Positions 1 to 11,115 of a stretch of DNA of 64,000 bases are shown one piece after another. The DNA comes from Chloroflexi bacterium RBG_13_51_36. GTDB lineage: Bacteria; Chloroflexota; Dehalococcoidia; GIF9; AB-539-J10. The stretch is from positions 18,209 through 82,208 of the forward strand of contig MGMS01000010.1 of assembly GCA_001796515.1 (NCBI GenBank), in the 5' to 3' direction. The position numbers and the translations under genes were made by a program. Below the pieces are notes generated by a model that had not been told where the DNA came from, made no database searches, and worked only from the letters and a program-made list of their open reading frames with translations. Position 1 is the first letter of the stretch, and every line of letters begins with the position of its first letter.

Positions 1-530
1 TCATCTAGCTCTCCGCTGGCCGTATCCTGTGAGGTCTGTTGAAGTTCAGCGGTTATTTTATCGGACAGATTCAATACTTCGCCGCGCCGGGTTGCCCAAA
101 TCTCTCTAATGTGTGGGATTAGCTCCATCATTCCTTGCAGGCCAAATCGGCTTTCCCTCGGGATATAAGTGGCGGCAAAGAACGGTTTCTTATCTGGCGT
201 TATGATAATAGTGAGAGGCCAACCCCCGCTGCCTGTCATGACCTGACAGACCCTCATGTAGACGTTGTCGATATCGGGACGCTCTTCACGGTCTACCTTT
301 ATAGATACGAAAGTCTCATTCATAAGCCTTGCCACTTCAGCATGCTCAAAAGACTCATGCGCCATCACATGACACCAATGGCATGTCGAATACCCTATAG
401 ATAAGAAGATGGGTTTATCCTCTCTTTTAGCTCTCTCGAATGCCTCTGGACCCCATGGGTACCAGTCCACCGGGTTATCCGCATGTTGACGTAAATACGG
501 AGAAGGTTCTTCTATCAGACGATTAGGCAT
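1..530 (-). CDS. Thioredoxin-domain protein (YyaL/DUF255-like), N-terminal part; the gene runs off the window start
   Basis: Reverse-strand ATG at 528-530 translates to [56 protein letters not shown]... with a CxxC thioredoxin motif. There is no in-frame stop before position 1, so it is open-ended; presumably that is why it is missing from the ORF track. Confidence 0.65.
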   Translation of the reverse strand, partial: MPNRLIEEPSPYLRQHADNPVDWYPWGPEAFERAKREDKPIFLSIGYSTCHWCHVMAHESFEHAEVARLMNETFVSIKVDREERPDIDNVYMRVCQVMTGSGGWPLTIIITPDKKPFFAATYIPRESRFGLQGMMELIPHIREIWATRRGEVLNLSDKITAELQQTSQDTASGELD

Positions 531-541
531 AGACCCTGCCA

Positions 542-772
542 CTACTCAACAACCAAGCTATATTCTATACTATTGATGTAATCTTCTTCTTTCCCATCTT
601 CCACAGGGTGGCAGCATCCACACTCGCAGGGCTCACTTTCGGCGGCACACGCTTCACAACAGTAGTTAACGCCATCTTTTTCCCATGCTTCTCCCAAGAT
701 GGTGCTAGCACAAACGGGACATAGTTGCTCTCTCATTTCTACCCTCCCTTCTAAACTCTTATCGTTTATCAT
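542..772 (-). CDS. Small Cys-rich protein, putative metal binding
   Basis: The 76 aa ORF carries CPVC, CCEAC and CECGCC clusters. No recognisable family. Confidence 0.35.
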   Translation of the reverse strand: MINDKSLEGRVEMREQLCPVCASTILGEAWEKDGVNYCCEACAAESEPCECGCCHPVEDGKEEDYINSIEYSLVVE

Positions 773-851
773 CGTCTCAGGCTATTTACGTTTCACTCAA
801 TTTTAGAAACCGCCACCGTTGTCGTATGTGACTTTTGTAGCAGAAGTTTGA

Positions 852-1157
852 TTATTGTGACTTAACGGTAACCTTCAGACTGTCTATTCTGTGCACTCCC
901 TTTAGTGAAGAGACCAAGCCGGTTATTGTGTTGTTGATAATATTCCTGGGGAAGGGGGTAACGGGAAGTTCATTACCATTGACGACGAGCTTGACATCGC
1001 CCTGCTCTAGGTGTAGTTCAAGGTTGCGTATGTTTCCAGCTCCTTTCAAGGAAGAGACTGCACCGACTACAGTTCGAGTCAAAAACTCCTCAACGAAGGG
1101 ATTCAGTTCGACAGATACTTTGTTGACCACAAGCTCTGCCCCAAGCTTCTCGTCCAT
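852..1157 (-). CDS. Hypothetical protein with two internal ~45 aa repeats
   Basis: The 101 aa ORF shows FVEEFLTRTVVGAVSSLKGAGNIRNLELHL and then PRNIINNTITGLVSSLKGVHRIDSLKV. Family unknown. Confidence 0.4.
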   Translation of the reverse strand: MDEKLGAELVVNKVSVELNPFVEEFLTRTVVGAVSSLKGAGNIRNLELHLEQGDVKLVVNGNELPVTPFPRNIINNTITGLVSSLKGVHRIDSLKVTVKSQ

Positions 1158-1234
1158 TTTGCACCTCCTGGTCCATAACTGCGATGTCCAATTTCGCCTC
1201 GCTGTTCAACAGCAAATAAATACTTTGCGACATG

Positions 1235-3184
1235 TTACTTCTTCTTTGACTTCCGTTTCTTTAGCTTTCCGTCTTTAAATTCTTGATAGGCCTTGATTAT
1301 TTCCTCCACAGAACTCCTATCTTCCAGGGTTGTGATGTCTCCTATGTCAGTGTTATTGGCCACGGCCTTCAAGACACGCCGCATGACTTTGCCGCTTCGT
1401 GTCTTGGGTAGCTCTGTGACAAAATGAACTTCATCCGGAACTGCTATAGGCCCTACCATTCTTCGCATGTGAGCAGCAATGTCTTCTTTCAGGTCGGGAG
1501 AAGGATCAACCCCCTCTTTGAGCCTGACAAAGATGACGATGGCTTCGCCTTTCACAGGGTCTTCTTTGCCTACAACCGCTGCTTCAGCTATTTGATGATG
1601 TGAGACAGCAGCGTCCTCTAGCTCAGCAGTACCTATTCTGTGCCCGGCGACTTTGAGTACTTCATCAGCCCTTCCCAAGACCCAGAAATATCCATCCTTG
1701 TCTTTTGCGGCATAGTCACCGGTATAGTAAAGGTTGGGAAACCAAGACCAATAGGCTTCCTTATAACGTTTCGGGTCTCCATGTATGCCAATGAGCATCC
1801 CGGGCCACGGTCTCTTTATCACCAGGAAACCTCTCTGCTGCGGCGGCACTGGCTTGCCATTCTCGGCAACTACATCAACGTCCACACCTGGCAACGGTAA
1901 GGTTGCCGAGCCAGGCTTCAGAGGCGTACACTCAATTCCCGGACAAGGTGAAATCATGATACCGCCGGTCTCGGTTTGCCACCAGGTGTCAACGATGGGA
2001 CATCTTTCGCCACCGACATTGCGGTAAAACCACAGCCAGGCCGCGGGATTAATGGGCTCCCCCACGCTCCCCAGAAGCTCTAGACTGTTGAGGTCATGTT
2101 TGTTCAGTATCTCCTCTCCATATCTCATGAACATCCTGATGGCTGTAGGCGAAGTATAGAATATGGTCACCCCGTATTTCTCGATAATATCCCACCACCT
2201 GTCAATCGTAGGATAGTCGGGAGCCCCTTCATAGAGGACCGTGGCCGCGCCATGTGCTAACGGGGCATACACTATCTGGCTATGTCCGGTGACCCAGCCG
2301 ACGTCAGCGGTGCACCAGTAGACGGATTCCTCCCGCAGGTCAAAGACCCACTTATATGCGGAATAGTTGTGGACAAGATAGCCACCGGTACCATGGACAA
2401 TTCCCTTGGGCTTGCCCGTGGTGCCCGAGGTGTACAGTATATAGAGAGGGTGATTAGACTCTACTGGCTCTGGTTCCACAAACTGTGCTGCGTTCTCAAG
2501 CAAGTCGTGCAGCCAGTAATCCCTCGATGACTTCATCGTGACGGACACACCAGCTCTCTTAATCACAATAGCTCTCTCTACCGAGGCGCAGCTTGTTAAG
2601 GCCTCATCGACTATGCTCTTTAGCGGGATTACCTTCCCCCTCCGGAATCCTCCGTCAGCAGTTACCAGCAGCTTGGCTTGTGTATCGTTGATTCTATCAG
2701 CCAATGCTTGAGCACTGAAACCGGAGAAAATCACTGTATGAATAGCGCCAATCCTAGCACATGCCAGCATGAAAATAGGCAATTCAGGTATCATCGGTAG
2801 ATATAAGGCAACCTTGTCACCGGCATCTACGCCACAATTCTTGAGGACTGAGGCGAATCTGTTGACTTCGCGATACAAAGTGGAATAGCTTAAGACCCTG
2901 CTATCTCCCGGCTCTCCTTCCCAGTATATAGCTACTTTGCTTCTGCGCCATGTCTTAGCGTGGCGATCCACGCATATATATGATGCGTTTAATTTCCCCC
3001 CTACAAACCATTTTGCAAAGGGCGGCTCCCATTCCAGCACTTTATCCCAGGTCCTGAACCAATCTAGCTGGCGGGCCTGCTCAGCCCAGAACTCCTCCGG
3101 CTCCTCCAGGGACCTCCGGTACATATCGAGGAATTTCTTCACAGGAAGATATTTAGATTCAAATGGTAACGATAAGTCAGCCAT
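1235..3184 (-). CDS. acs: Acetyl-CoA synthetase (AMP-forming)
   Basis: 649 aa with YTSGTTGKPKG AMP-binding motif, VDTWWQTETGG and a C-terminal lysine-rich tail. Confidence 0.93.
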   Translation of the reverse strand: MADLSLPFESKYLPVKKFLDMYRRSLEEPEEFWAEQARQLDWFRTWDKVLEWEPPFAKWFVGGKLNASYICVDRHAKTWRRSKVAIYWEGEPGDSRVLSYSTLYREVNRFASVLKNCGVDAGDKVALYLPMIPELPIFMLACARIGAIHTVIFSGFSAQALADRINDTQAKLLVTADGGFRRGKVIPLKSIVDEALTSCASVERAIVIKRAGVSVTMKSSRDYWLHDLLENAAQFVEPEPVESNHPLYILYTSGTTGKPKGIVHGTGGYLVHNYSAYKWVFDLREESVYWCTADVGWVTGHSQIVYAPLAHGAATVLYEGAPDYPTIDRWWDIIEKYGVTIFYTSPTAIRMFMRYGEEILNKHDLNSLELLGSVGEPINPAAWLWFYRNVGGERCPIVDTWWQTETGGIMISPCPGIECTPLKPGSATLPLPGVDVDVVAENGKPVPPQQRGFLVIKRPWPGMLIGIHGDPKRYKEAYWSWFPNLYYTGDYAAKDKDGYFWVLGRADEVLKVAGHRIGTAELEDAAVSHHQIAEAAVVGKEDPVKGEAIVIFVRLKEGVDPSPDLKEDIAAHMRRMVGPIAVPDEVHFVTELPKTRSGKVMRRVLKAVANNTDIGDITTLEDRSSVEEIIKAYQEFKDGKLKKRKSKKK

Positions 3185-3302
3185 AACTCAGGTGCCTCCG
3201 ATTGTTCTTGCCGGGACTCTCTACTTGCATCCTGGAGTTTCTTATCAGACTATACCCTCTGATCTTATGAACTCAAAAATCATCTGCATTATCCGCTCTC
3301 AA

Positions 3303-4151
3303 TCATCGTTGTCGAACGATTTCAGACAAGCGTCTCAATAGAATGTCAGCATGATTCCGTTCTTCCAGGGCTAATTCGTGAAGGAGCGTTTTGGCACTTG
3401 GATCCCCCACCAATGCCGAGGTCCGCTTATAGAAATCGTACGACATATATTCCTTTTCCAACGCTATTTCCAATGCCTGCATCTCGTCAGAGAATTTCTC
3501 AGCCATTTTGGCTAGAGCAGGGCTTATCTCAATGCCACCTTCCATGTGTGCCACCTTAAGTTCTTGCTTGAGCTTCTCCAAGGGCGGAAGTGCCCCTTTC
3601 CCGAGCAGGGTAATTGCGCGCTCCCACAGCCTCCGCATATGTCCATTTTCGGCATCGGCTAGCATCTGGAATTTCTCCTTCGCTTGAGTTGACGCAGCTT
3701 TTTCCTTAGCTGCTACATAGAAATCCCAGGAGCCCTTCTCCAGTTTAATAGCCAGCATTAAGATGTCTTTAACATCAGCCGCTTCGGTTACCAACTCAGG
3801 CCTCGCTTCAGACAGTCCACCTATAGTCTCATAACGCCAGTTGACAATACCACCTTCCAGGTGGTGAACATCTTTGAAGCCCAGTCCACACAGGGCTATG
3901 GCTGCTGCCATGCTCCTGTGCCCTGAACGGCAATAGGTGATGATTTTCTTGCCTCGCTCCAACTCGTCCTGCCTGGCTTCTAACTCTCCTAGCGGGATAA
4001 GCATAGCCCCGGGGATATGGCCATCTGCGTACTCCTCAGGTTGTCTGACATCTAGAAGGAGAAATTCACCCTTCTTATCCTTATCTAATATTGCTTCGAC
4101 CTTGTCAGGTGCTAGCGTTGTTATTTCGTCTGCCGCGCAAGGTAACTTCAT
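3303..4151 (-). CDS. Rhodanese domain fused to a ferritin/rubrerythrin-like diiron domain
   Basis: N-terminal CRSGHRS rhodanese active-site loop. C-terminal half has two ExxH motifs (ENGHMRRL, EERNHADIL) of a four-helix-bundle diiron site. Confidence 0.7.
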   Translation of the reverse strand: MKLPCAADEITTLAPDKVEAILDKDKKGEFLLLDVRQPEEYADGHIPGAMLIPLGELEARQDELERGKKIITYCRSGHRSMAAAIALCGLGFKDVHHLEGGIVNWRYETIGGLSEARPELVTEAADVKDILMLAIKLEKGSWDFYVAAKEKAASTQAKEKFQMLADAENGHMRRLWERAITLLGKGALPPLEKLKQELKVAHMEGGIEISPALAKMAEKFSDEMQALEIALEKEYMSYDFYKRTSALVGDPSAKTLLHELALEERNHADILLRRLSEIVRQR

Positions 4152-4193
4152 CGCGATACTCTCCTTCCGTAGGCCTTGTTTGTCAAGTCGGCG

Positions 4194-4541
4194 CTAAACC
4201 TCCACCAGGATTCTGCCGTCTTCGACCTTCACAGTGTATACCGTAAGGGCCTTGGACGTCTTACCTGCGCCGGCGAGCTTCGACATGAGTCCTCCCTTTA
4301 ACCAGCGCACCACGCGTCCGTTAGTGACATCATATTGAGAGCCGTGCACCGGACAGGTGACCACAGTCCCTGCCAGTTTGCCCTGTGATAAATCGCCCTT
4401 CATATGGAGACAGCGATCGTCAGTGGCGTAGTATCTATCTCCAACCTTGGCGAGGAGGATCTCGCGTCCCTGCACAATCACTTTCTTCATTGCTCCGCTT
4501 TTCAGTTCATCCATTTTGGCTACCTCTGTAAACTCACCCAT
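4194..4541 (-). CDS. Rieske [2Fe-2S] domain protein
   Basis: CLH...(17)...CPVH Rieske motif in a 115 aa ORF. Confidence 0.8.
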   Translation of the reverse strand: MGEFTEVAKMDELKSGAMKKVIVQGREILLAKVGDRYYATDDRCLHMKGDLSQGKLAGTVVTCPVHGSQYDVTNGRVVRWLKGGLMSKLAGAGKTSKALTVYTVKVEDGRILVEV

Positions 4542-4594
4542 TTAACACCTCCTTTCATAAATCATGGCTATTGTGCGAATTATTGGCTAGCTGG

Positions 4595-5203
4595 CTATAC
4601 CACCTTCCGGAATTTCTCCCTAGGAGCGCCGCAAATAGGGCACACATCAGGGAGAACGCCGTCGGAGACATAGCCGCAGACCTGGCAGACATAGTACTCT
4701 GTCTCCTCCCCGGCCATCATATGCGCCAGCGCCTTCTTATAGAGCTGGGCATGCCCCTTTTCCACATCGCGGGAATAACTCAGAACCGTCGCCACGCTCG
4801 TATTGCTCTCTTCGTTTGCTTCTCTAATGAATTGAGGATAAGTGCTGGCGGCCAGGTTCTCCCTCTCAAATGCGCTTTCAAGGTTCTCCTGGGTGCCGGA
4901 CGCAGCGCCCAAAAGGCGCAAGTGGTTGAAGGCATGGACTGACTCAGCTTCGGCGATAGCCCGGAACAACTTCGCCACTTGAGGATAACTCTCTTGCTCA
5001 GCCTTCATGGCAAAAGCCAGGTTTCTCAGATGTGCCTGCGACTCGGCCACGAAACCAGTTTTGAGATTGTTCAGGGTCTTTATCCCTTTCACTCCTGAGA
5101 CCTCATGAGGGATGAGCTTCTGTGCCTCAGCACCGCAGATCGGACACTGCTGAGGTTTGTCGGTGCTAAGCTCTACGTGATGGCAATTAGTACACTTCCA
5201 CAT
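4595..5203 (-). CDS. rbr: Rubrerythrin with both N- and C-terminal rubredoxin-like Cx2C...Cx2C domains
   Basis: N-terminal CTNCHH...CPICG, central ferritin-like helices with E..H motifs, C-terminal CQVCGY...CPICG. Confidence 0.85.
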   Translation of the reverse strand: MWKCTNCHHVELSTDKPQQCPICGAEAQKLIPHEVSGVKGIKTLNNLKTGFVAESQAHLRNLAFAMKAEQESYPQVAKLFRAIAEAESVHAFNHLRLLGAASGTQENLESAFERENLAASTYPQFIREANEESNTSVATVLSYSRDVEKGHAQLYKKALAHMMAGEETEYYVCQVCGYVSDGVLPDVCPICGAPREKFRKVV

Positions 5204-5223
5204 ATTGTTTGCCCCGTACAGAC

Positions 5224-5376
5224 CTAGTTCTTGCCCTTGGTGAGATACTTGTCAGGGTCTTTGTCGAAGGCCTTCTTGCAGCCGACAGCACAGAAGTAGT
5301 ATTTCTTTCCTTTGTACTCGGAAGTGGCTGCTGCCTTAGTTTCCTGTACCTCCATCTTACAAACCGGGTCTATTGC
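5224..5376 (-). CDS. YHS/TRASH-domain small copper-binding protein
   Basis: MAIDPVCKMEV...YYFCAVGCKKAFDKDP. The likely start is the internal Met of the 75 aa ORF, because the ORF N-terminus overlaps the 3-prime end of copA. Confidence 0.55.
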   Translation of the reverse strand, partial: AIDPVCKMEVQETKAAATSEYKGKKYYFCAVGCKKAFDKDPDKYLTKGKN

Positions 5377-5395
5377 CATTGAGCACCTCCTTTCT

Positions 5396-7882
5396 TTAGT
5401 TGCCAAGCTCGGCTGGCTTGAACCTTCGTAAACGCAATGAATTGGACACAACGGTGATGGAACTGGCCGCCATGGCTGCTGCGGCCAACATGGGGTTCAA
5501 GAAACCATACTCACCTAGAATGAAATGAAGCCCTGAGGGCACACCAGTCTTCCCGAAGGCAAGATATAGCACCCCGGCCGCTACCGGAATGAGGGCCGTA
5601 TTGTAGGCGAAAGCCCAGAAGAGGTTCTGCTTGATAGTCCTCATGGTCCGCTTGCTCAGAGATATGGCTGTTGCCACTCCCATCAAGTCACCGCTAATCA
5701 GGGTAATATCGCCAGTCTCCATGGCGACATCGGTACCTGTACCGATAGCGATACCGATATCAGCCTGGGCCAACGCTGGAGCGTCGTTAATGCCATCGCC
5801 CACCATTGCCACCACCTTTCCCTGCTCCTGCAGTTTCTTGACTTCCTCGGCCTTATGCTCAGGCAGCACCTCGGCCAGGACCCGGTCAATACCTGCTTCT
5901 CGAGCAATAGCTTCAGCCGTGCGGCGGTTGTCCCCCGTGATCATAGCTGATTCGATGCCCATCTTGCGCAGCGTTTGGACCGCCTCTCGAGCGCCCGGTT
6001 TTAGAGTATCAGCGAGAGCAATGATTCCTGCTACCTGAGTATCTAGTCCCAGGAACATTACTGTCTTACCTTTTTCAAGAAACTCAGTGGCTTTTGACTG
6101 CAGTCCGTTTAAGGAAAAGCCTCGTTCCTCCATGAATTTAAGGTTGCCCAGAACAAGCCTCTTGCCCTCGACCAGAGCCTCCACGCCCCGCCCCGGGACG
6201 GCATTGAAATCGGAGGGCGGAGACACTTCTAGCTTCTTTTCCAGAGCGGCCTTAACCACAGCTTCACCGAGAGGGTGTTCCGAATTCTGCTCAGCGGAGG
6301 CAGCCAAGCGGAGAACTTCCTCTGGGGAAGAGGAAGGGGCGGCGACCACATCAGTAACGGCAGGCTCGCCACGGGTCAACGTGCCGGTCTTATCCAGGAG
6401 GACAGTATCTATCTGGTGAGCTCTCTCCAGCGCTTCACCATTCCTGATAAGAATGCCACGCTCGGCTCCCTTTCCTGTGCCAACTATGATCGCAGTGGGA
6501 GTAGCCAGCCCAAGGGCACAGGGGCAGGCGATAACAAGCACAGCAACGAAGTTCAGGAGGGCGAAGGTCAGGGCTGGAGATGGTCCCACGAAATACCAGA
6601 CTATGAAGGTTACTATGGCGATGCCAATCACGGTAGGCACAAAGTAACTGGCGATAACATCAGCAAAGCGCTGAATTGGGGCTTTGCTTCCCTGTGCCTC
6701 CTCCACCATTCTGACGATACGAGCCAGTGTTGTATCTTTGCCCACCTTGGTTGCCTCGAATTGGAAACTACCTGTCTTGTTAATGGTGGCACCGATGACC
6801 TCATCGCCCGCCTTTTTCTCAACAGGAATACTCTCTCCTGTAATCATGGACTCGTCAACGCTGGAATAACCTTCGCGCAGTACGCCATCCACGGGTATTC
6901 GTTCACCCGGACGTACGAGGATGATGTCGCCGACCCGAACATCTTCAACTGAAATCTCTCTTTGCTCGCCTTCACGGATAACCAGAGCGGTCTTCGGCTG
7001 TAAACCGATAAGTCTCTTTAATGCTTCCGAGGTCTGCCCTCTGGCTCTCGCTTCCAAAAAGCGGCCGAGAAGAATCAGGGCTATAATCATCGCCGAGGTA
7101 TCGAAGTACAAGTGGGGTTCCAGAATACCGGTGGTAAAAAGGCCGGGAAAGACGACAGCTACTGCGCTGTAGAAATAAGCCACCGATGTACCAACTGCAA
7201 TTAAGGTGTTCATGTCGGAGGTCTTGTGTTTCAATGCGCCCCAGGCCCCCCGGTAGAATCGCAAACCGGCCCAGAACTGTACTGGCGTGGCCAGAGCCCA
7301 TAGTAGATAGGGCCGGCCAGCAAAGGGAGGGCTGAAACCCAGAACCATTATTATTGCGGCAAACATGACAGCGATGATGAATCTGTTCCTGAGGGCTCGA
7401 ATCTCACGCTGGGAAGCAGTGGTCACATCCTCCAGAGCCTGGACCTCGGGACCAAGTTCGTAGCCGGCGTCTTTTACTGCCCGCCTCATGTCAGCTATCT
7501 GCGTTCCTTCCATGTACTCCACGGTAGCCTTCTCTGAGGCCAGATTCACCATAACTGAAATCACGCCCGGTACACTCGATAGGGCCTCCTCCACCCGGGC
7601 AACACATGAGGCGCAAGTCATTCCGCTCACGGGAAATATGGATTTCCCGGTGGCGACTCCATACCCCAACTGCGAGACGGTATCCTTAATCTTGGCAAGG
7701 TTGACCTTTGCGGGGTCATATTCTAGAGAAGCCTTCTGCGATGCGAAATTGACGTTGGCCTGCTCTACCCCAGGAGTGTGGGAAAGACCCTTTGCGATTG
7801 TACGTGCGCAAGTAGTGCAGGTCATTCCGGTTATGTGGATTGAAGCCTTGCCGGTCTTCTTAGAGTGAGCTTTGTCGGCCAT
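5396..7882 (-). CDS. copA: Cu+-exporting P1B-type ATPase
   Basis: Two N-terminal HMA domains ([16 protein letters not shown]), CPC motif in [16 protein letters not shown] phosphorylation site, GDGINDAP. Confidence 0.93.
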   Translation of the reverse strand: MADKAHSKKTGKASIHITGMTCTTCARTIAKGLSHTPGVEQANVNFASQKASLEYDPAKVNLAKIKDTVSQLGYGVATGKSIFPVSGMTCASCVARVEEALSSVPGVISVMVNLASEKATVEYMEGTQIADMRRAVKDAGYELGPEVQALEDVTTASQREIRALRNRFIIAVMFAAIIMVLGFSPPFAGRPYLLWALATPVQFWAGLRFYRGAWGALKHKTSDMNTLIAVGTSVAYFYSAVAVVFPGLFTTGILEPHLYFDTSAMIIALILLGRFLEARARGQTSEALKRLIGLQPKTALVIREGEQREISVEDVRVGDIILVRPGERIPVDGVLREGYSSVDESMITGESIPVEKKAGDEVIGATINKTGSFQFEATKVGKDTTLARIVRMVEEAQGSKAPIQRFADVIASYFVPTVIGIAIVTFIVWYFVGPSPALTFALLNFVAVLVIACPCALGLATPTAIIVGTGKGAERGILIRNGEALERAHQIDTVLLDKTGTLTRGEPAVTDVVAAPSSSPEEVLRLAASAEQNSEHPLGEAVVKAALEKKLEVSPPSDFNAVPGRGVEALVEGKRLVLGNLKFMEERGFSLNGLQSKATEFLEKGKTVMFLGLDTQVAGIIALADTLKPGAREAVQTLRKMGIESAMITGDNRRTAEAIAREAGIDRVLAEVLPEHKAEEVKKLQEQGKVVAMVGDGINDAPALAQADIGIAIGTGTDVAMETGDITLISGDLMGVATAISLSKRTMRTIKQNLFWAFAYNTALIPVAAGVLYLAFGKTGVPSGLHFILGEYGFLNPMLAAAAMAASSITVVSNSLRLRRFKPAELGN

Positions 7883-8061
7883 TATCTTTCACCGCCCGCG
7901 TCTCTCCTTCAGTAGGTCACCCGAAACATCAGCATGAGGTATAGCTCGTGGTCTCTTGAGCAGGTGAGAAGCTCTTTAGGGTCGGCCTCTTTAATTTCCT
8001 TGGCAGCGTGGTCATATGGAACCGCCCTACCCTTATTCAATTTTGATGTCGTCTCTAAGGG

Positions 8062-8511
8062 CTATAAATCTTCCAGCAAAGTGGTGAAGGTATCATGATG
8101 GTCTTCTTCTTCCTGCAGTATTTGCTTGAAAAGAAAGGCTGTCGTCACATCATCTTCCTTCAACGCTGCATCTATGATCTTCCTGTAAAGAGTTATGGCA
8201 TTTGCCTCATCTTTGATATCCTGTCTTATCATCTCTTTGAGAGTACTACCAACGAAAATGGGAGTAGGCTTGGTTGTTGGTATTCCGCCGAGGTAAAAGA
8301 GCCTCTCTGCAATAGCTTCAGCGTGTTTCATTTCGGCTATGCCTATCTTCTTCAGCTCGTCGTGAACGGCAAACCCTTTCACTCCACCCCACTGGACATG
8401 CTGCCACATATATTGAACAGCTACCTGTAATTCCCTGGCAATCGCATCATTTAACTTGCCTAAAAAGGCCTTTGACACTTTGGTGACGGAGTCATGTTTT
8501 TCTACCATTTT
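8062..8511 (-). CDS. bfr: Bacterioferritin-like protein
   Basis: YMWQHVQWGG...EMKHAEAIAERL matches ferritin-like/Bfr helices. Start moved to MVEKHD, which is preceded by GGAGGTG. Confidence 0.75.
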   Translation of the reverse strand, partial: KMVEKHDSVTKVSKAFLGKLNDAIARELQVAVQYMWQHVQWGGVKGFAVHDELKKIGIAEMKHAEAIAERLFYLGGIPTTKPTPIFVGSTLKEMIRQDIKDEANAITLYRKIIDAALKEDDVTTAFLFKQILQEEEDHHDTFTTLLEDL

Positions 8512-8645
8512 GCACCTCCAATTATTTTCTTTGTCGTATGACACCCGCAGTGTAGTAGATTCCGAGAGTAACAGTCAATATTAAACGACCATTTTCACAT
8601 CTTGTCCTCCTTTGCTTGGGAAATGGTTCGGGGCGGATGGAATTA

Positions 8646-8864
8646 CTACACCAGTGCAGTGCCCTTGTCCGTAATCTCATACTTGCCAGTCTTTTCGACG
8701 ACTAGGTCTGCCTGGCTAAGCTCACGGAGCCCGCTTCTCACCCTGAACAAGGGAAGTCCAGTTTCCTGGGCAACTTCTTCAGGGAACTTCGAGCCCGCCC
8801 GCAGGGCACGGAGCATCTTGGCACCTGACTCGGTAGGTTTTCCATCAGGGCTAACACATGCCAT
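8646..8864 (-). CDS. Small winged-helix DNA-binding protein
   Basis: 72 aa. LRELSQADLVVEKTGKYEITDKG resembles a wHTH recognition helix plus wing. Confidence 0.4.
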   Translation of the reverse strand: MACVSPDGKPTESGAKMLRALRAGSKFPEEVAQETGLPLFRVRSGLRELSQADLVVEKTGKYEITDKGTALV

Positions 8865-8887
8865 ATTGTCCTCCCATAGAGATATTC

Positions 8888-9538
8888 TTACAGTTTCTTC
8901 TTACACAGATACCAGTCTATGCATTCATACCCTTGCTTAAGCCTCTCTTCAGCCATTTCCTGTGTATTCGGAGGCGGCACCACCACCTTATCGCCGGGTC
9001 GCCAGTTGGCCGGAGTAGCGACACCGTGTTTGTCCGTGGTCTGTAACGCATCTATTAGCCTAAGTATCTCATCCATGTTCCTGCCTGTGCTCAGCGGGTA
9101 GTAGAGTATCGTCCTGATTTTCTGGTTGGGGTCGATTATGAAGACACATCGGACAGTCTCGGTCTTGCTCTGACCGGGATGAATCATACCAAAGGCGAGA
9201 GAGACTTCCTTGTTGAGGTCAGCGATAATGGGGAACGGTATTTTTACTCCTGTCTTTTCTTCCACATTGCGCGCCCAGGCAATATGCGAGGAGACACTAT
9301 CTACACTAAGTCCCAGAAGCTCCACCCCCCGTTTTTGTAGTTCGGGATAGATCTTGGCAAAAGCCATGAACTCGGTAGTGCACACCGGGGTGAAATCCGC
9401 CGGGTGTGAAAAGAGAATGAGCCAGCTTCCCTTGAAGTCTTCCAACTTGAGCATCCCGTGAGTGGTTACCGCCTCGAAAGCTGGTGCCATCTCGCCTATC
9501 CGGGGCATGTGGCCTATTTGTTCTTTTGTTTCTTCCAT
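8888..9538 (-). CDS. Peroxiredoxin (1-Cys/Prx6-like)
   Basis: FTPVCTTE peroxidatic Cys motif. Start set at MEETKEQ, which follows AAGGAGGTG; the longer ORF N-terminus is probably not translated. Confidence 0.85.
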   Translation of the reverse strand: MEETKEQIGHMPRIGEMAPAFEAVTTHGMLKLEDFKGSWLILFSHPADFTPVCTTEFMAFAKIYPELQKRGVELLGLSVDSVSSHIAWARNVEEKTGVKIPFPIIADLNKEVSLAFGMIHPGQSKTETVRCVFIIDPNQKIRTILYYPLSTGRNMDEILRLIDALQTTDKHGVATPANWRPGDKVVVPPPNTQEMAEERLKQGYECIDWYLCKKKL

Positions 9539-9656
9539 GTTTAACACCTCCTTTAGTTGTTCTTTCTCAGTCCTGGAAATCCTATTTGAGACTTCGTTTT
9601 CCATCAACCTCCGTTTCTGCATCTCTAAGATACCCATATAGCCGTTAGTTTCTGGA

Positions 9657-10271
9657 CTACTTCAGAATCCTCTCCAGTCTCCTGTTCACCTCGTCCCAGT
9701 TGACGATATTCCAGAAAGCATCGACGAATTTCGCCCTTTCGTTTTTATAATCCAGATAATAAGCATGCTCCCAGACGTCGATAACCATTAAGATGGTGAA
9801 CATGGGATAGACATTTGTATTGTGTTTCTCTATCTGCATTATTATCGGTCTGTCGGTTTGCTTGCAGAAACTGAGTGCTGCCCATCCTGAGCCTTCCACG
9901 CTGGTAGCAGCAAGACTGAATTCCTTTCTGAATCTATCGAAACTACCAAACTCCTTGTCTATGGCTGTGCCCGGGGTTCCGGTTGGCTTTCCTCCGCCTT
10001 TGCCCGCTGGCGCTAGATTGGCCCAGAACAATGAGTGTAGCAGATGTCCTCCAATGTGAAAGGAAAGCTCCTTCAAGGTGGCTTTGACATCGAAGTCCGC
10101 ACCTTCTTTGCGGGCCTTGTCTAGCCGCTCGAGTATGGCATTAGCACCAGTGACGTACGCTTGATGATGCTTTTGATGGTGTAGGGTTAGCTGTTCTTTG
10201 GATATGTAGGGCTGTAACTCATCATATCCGTAGGGCAATTGCGGTAGCGCATAAAACTTTGCTTTTTCCAT
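9657..10271 (-). CDS. sod: Fe/Mn superoxide dismutase
   Basis: [23 protein letters not shown] and DVWEHAYY signatures. Confidence 0.9.
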   Translation of the reverse strand: MEKAKFYALPQLPYGYDELQPYISKEQLTLHHQKHHQAYVTGANAILERLDKARKEGADFDVKATLKELSFHIGGHLLHSLFWANLAPAGKGGGKPTGTPGTAIDKEFGSFDRFRKEFSLAATSVEGSGWAALSFCKQTDRPIIMQIEKHNTNVYPMFTILMVIDVWEHAYYLDYKNERAKFVDAFWNIVNWDEVNRRLERILK

Positions 10272-10333
10272 AAGTCTTTTTCCTCCTTTCTAAAATGTCC
10301 CAAATTCTGTTTCCCTTAGCGGTCCGCCGAGAA

Positions 10334-10528
10334 TTACTTCGGTCTCTTTCTTGATTCCGTGGCACGCTGAGCCACCAACTTTGGGTCATAATGACCTGGT
10401 CCACCACACTCGGGAATATAACAGCTGACATTCATAAATGTGCATTTAACATGGCAACCGGGACACGTGTCCGGTGGCGTCTCAGCTTTGAAGACGTAGT
10501 TACATTCGTCGCACATCCAGTAATTCAT
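10334..10528 (-). CDS. Rubredoxin-like zinc-ribbon protein
   Basis: CDEC...CPGC pairs in a 64 aa ORF. Confidence 0.45.
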   Translation of the reverse strand: MNYWMCDECNYVFKAETPPDTCPGCHVKCTFMNVSCYIPECGGPGHYDPKLVAQRATESRKRPK

Positions 10529-10665
10529 TCTTTCCTCCTTTCTTGAGAATTCTACATCCGAAACCCTCGGCTCTAGGAATATCTTCGTGTCCTTTCTGAT
10601 TGCATCCCTTCAGGTGAAGCGGTCGAAAAGACGTCTCTCCCTAGCAGCTTTCTAGCCTATCCCGA

Positions 10666-11115
10666 TTAGATGCGAGACTCAAATCCTTTGGGTCTGATGA
10701 GCAAGATTGGCACAGAGGAAGAACTTACCAGCTTGTCCGCCACACTGCCAAAAACCCAACGACGTATGCCAGAGCGACCGTGCGTGGCAAGGGTTAGAAG
10801 GTCCACTTTTTCACGTTGAGCAAATTCGATGATGGTCTCGGCGGGTCTTCCTGTCAATACTTTCGTTTCGACAGGTAGCCCCTCTCTGTTGAGTTTAGCT
10901 TGTATTCTGGCAAGATAGTCCTCCGCTGCCTTCACGCCAGCCTTTCGGACTACCTCAAAGTCAACGGCTGGCGGTGTTCCGGCGGGAAGAGGCTCGACGA
11001 TCCTCAGAAGTATCACCTTCCCTTCGTTATGTCCGGCGGCTACCTCCTTTACATGGGGCAGGACAACCTCTGCCAGTTCTGACCCGTCGAGAGGGACCAA
11101 GACCTTCTTATACAT
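10666..11115 (-). CDS. Universal stress protein
   Basis: 149 aa with the UspA alpha/beta fold pattern, including GSVADKLV and the C-terminal ATHGRSG. Confidence 0.8.
   Translation of the reverse strand: MYKKVLVPLDGSELAEVVLPHVKEVAAGHNEGKVILLRIVEPLPAGTPPAVDFEVVRKAGVKAAEDYLARIQAKLNREGLPVETKVLTGRPAETIIEFAQREKVDLLTLATHGRSGIRRWVFGSVADKLVSSSSVPILLIRPKGFESRI

Noticed and set aside
135-404. 89 aa plus-strand ORF at the window start.
   Set aside because: Antisense to the YyaL-like thioredoxin-domain gene, which has a clear CxxC motif.
5631-7868. Plus-strand ORFs inside copA (5631-6038, 6087-6419, 6275-6952, 6453-6647, 6684-6869, 6921-7172, 7488-7868) and the minus-strand ORF 6972-7301.
   Set aside because: They lie on the opposite strand or in a different frame from a gene with strong motif support. 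They have no RBS or motifs, and their translations have typical antisense composition.
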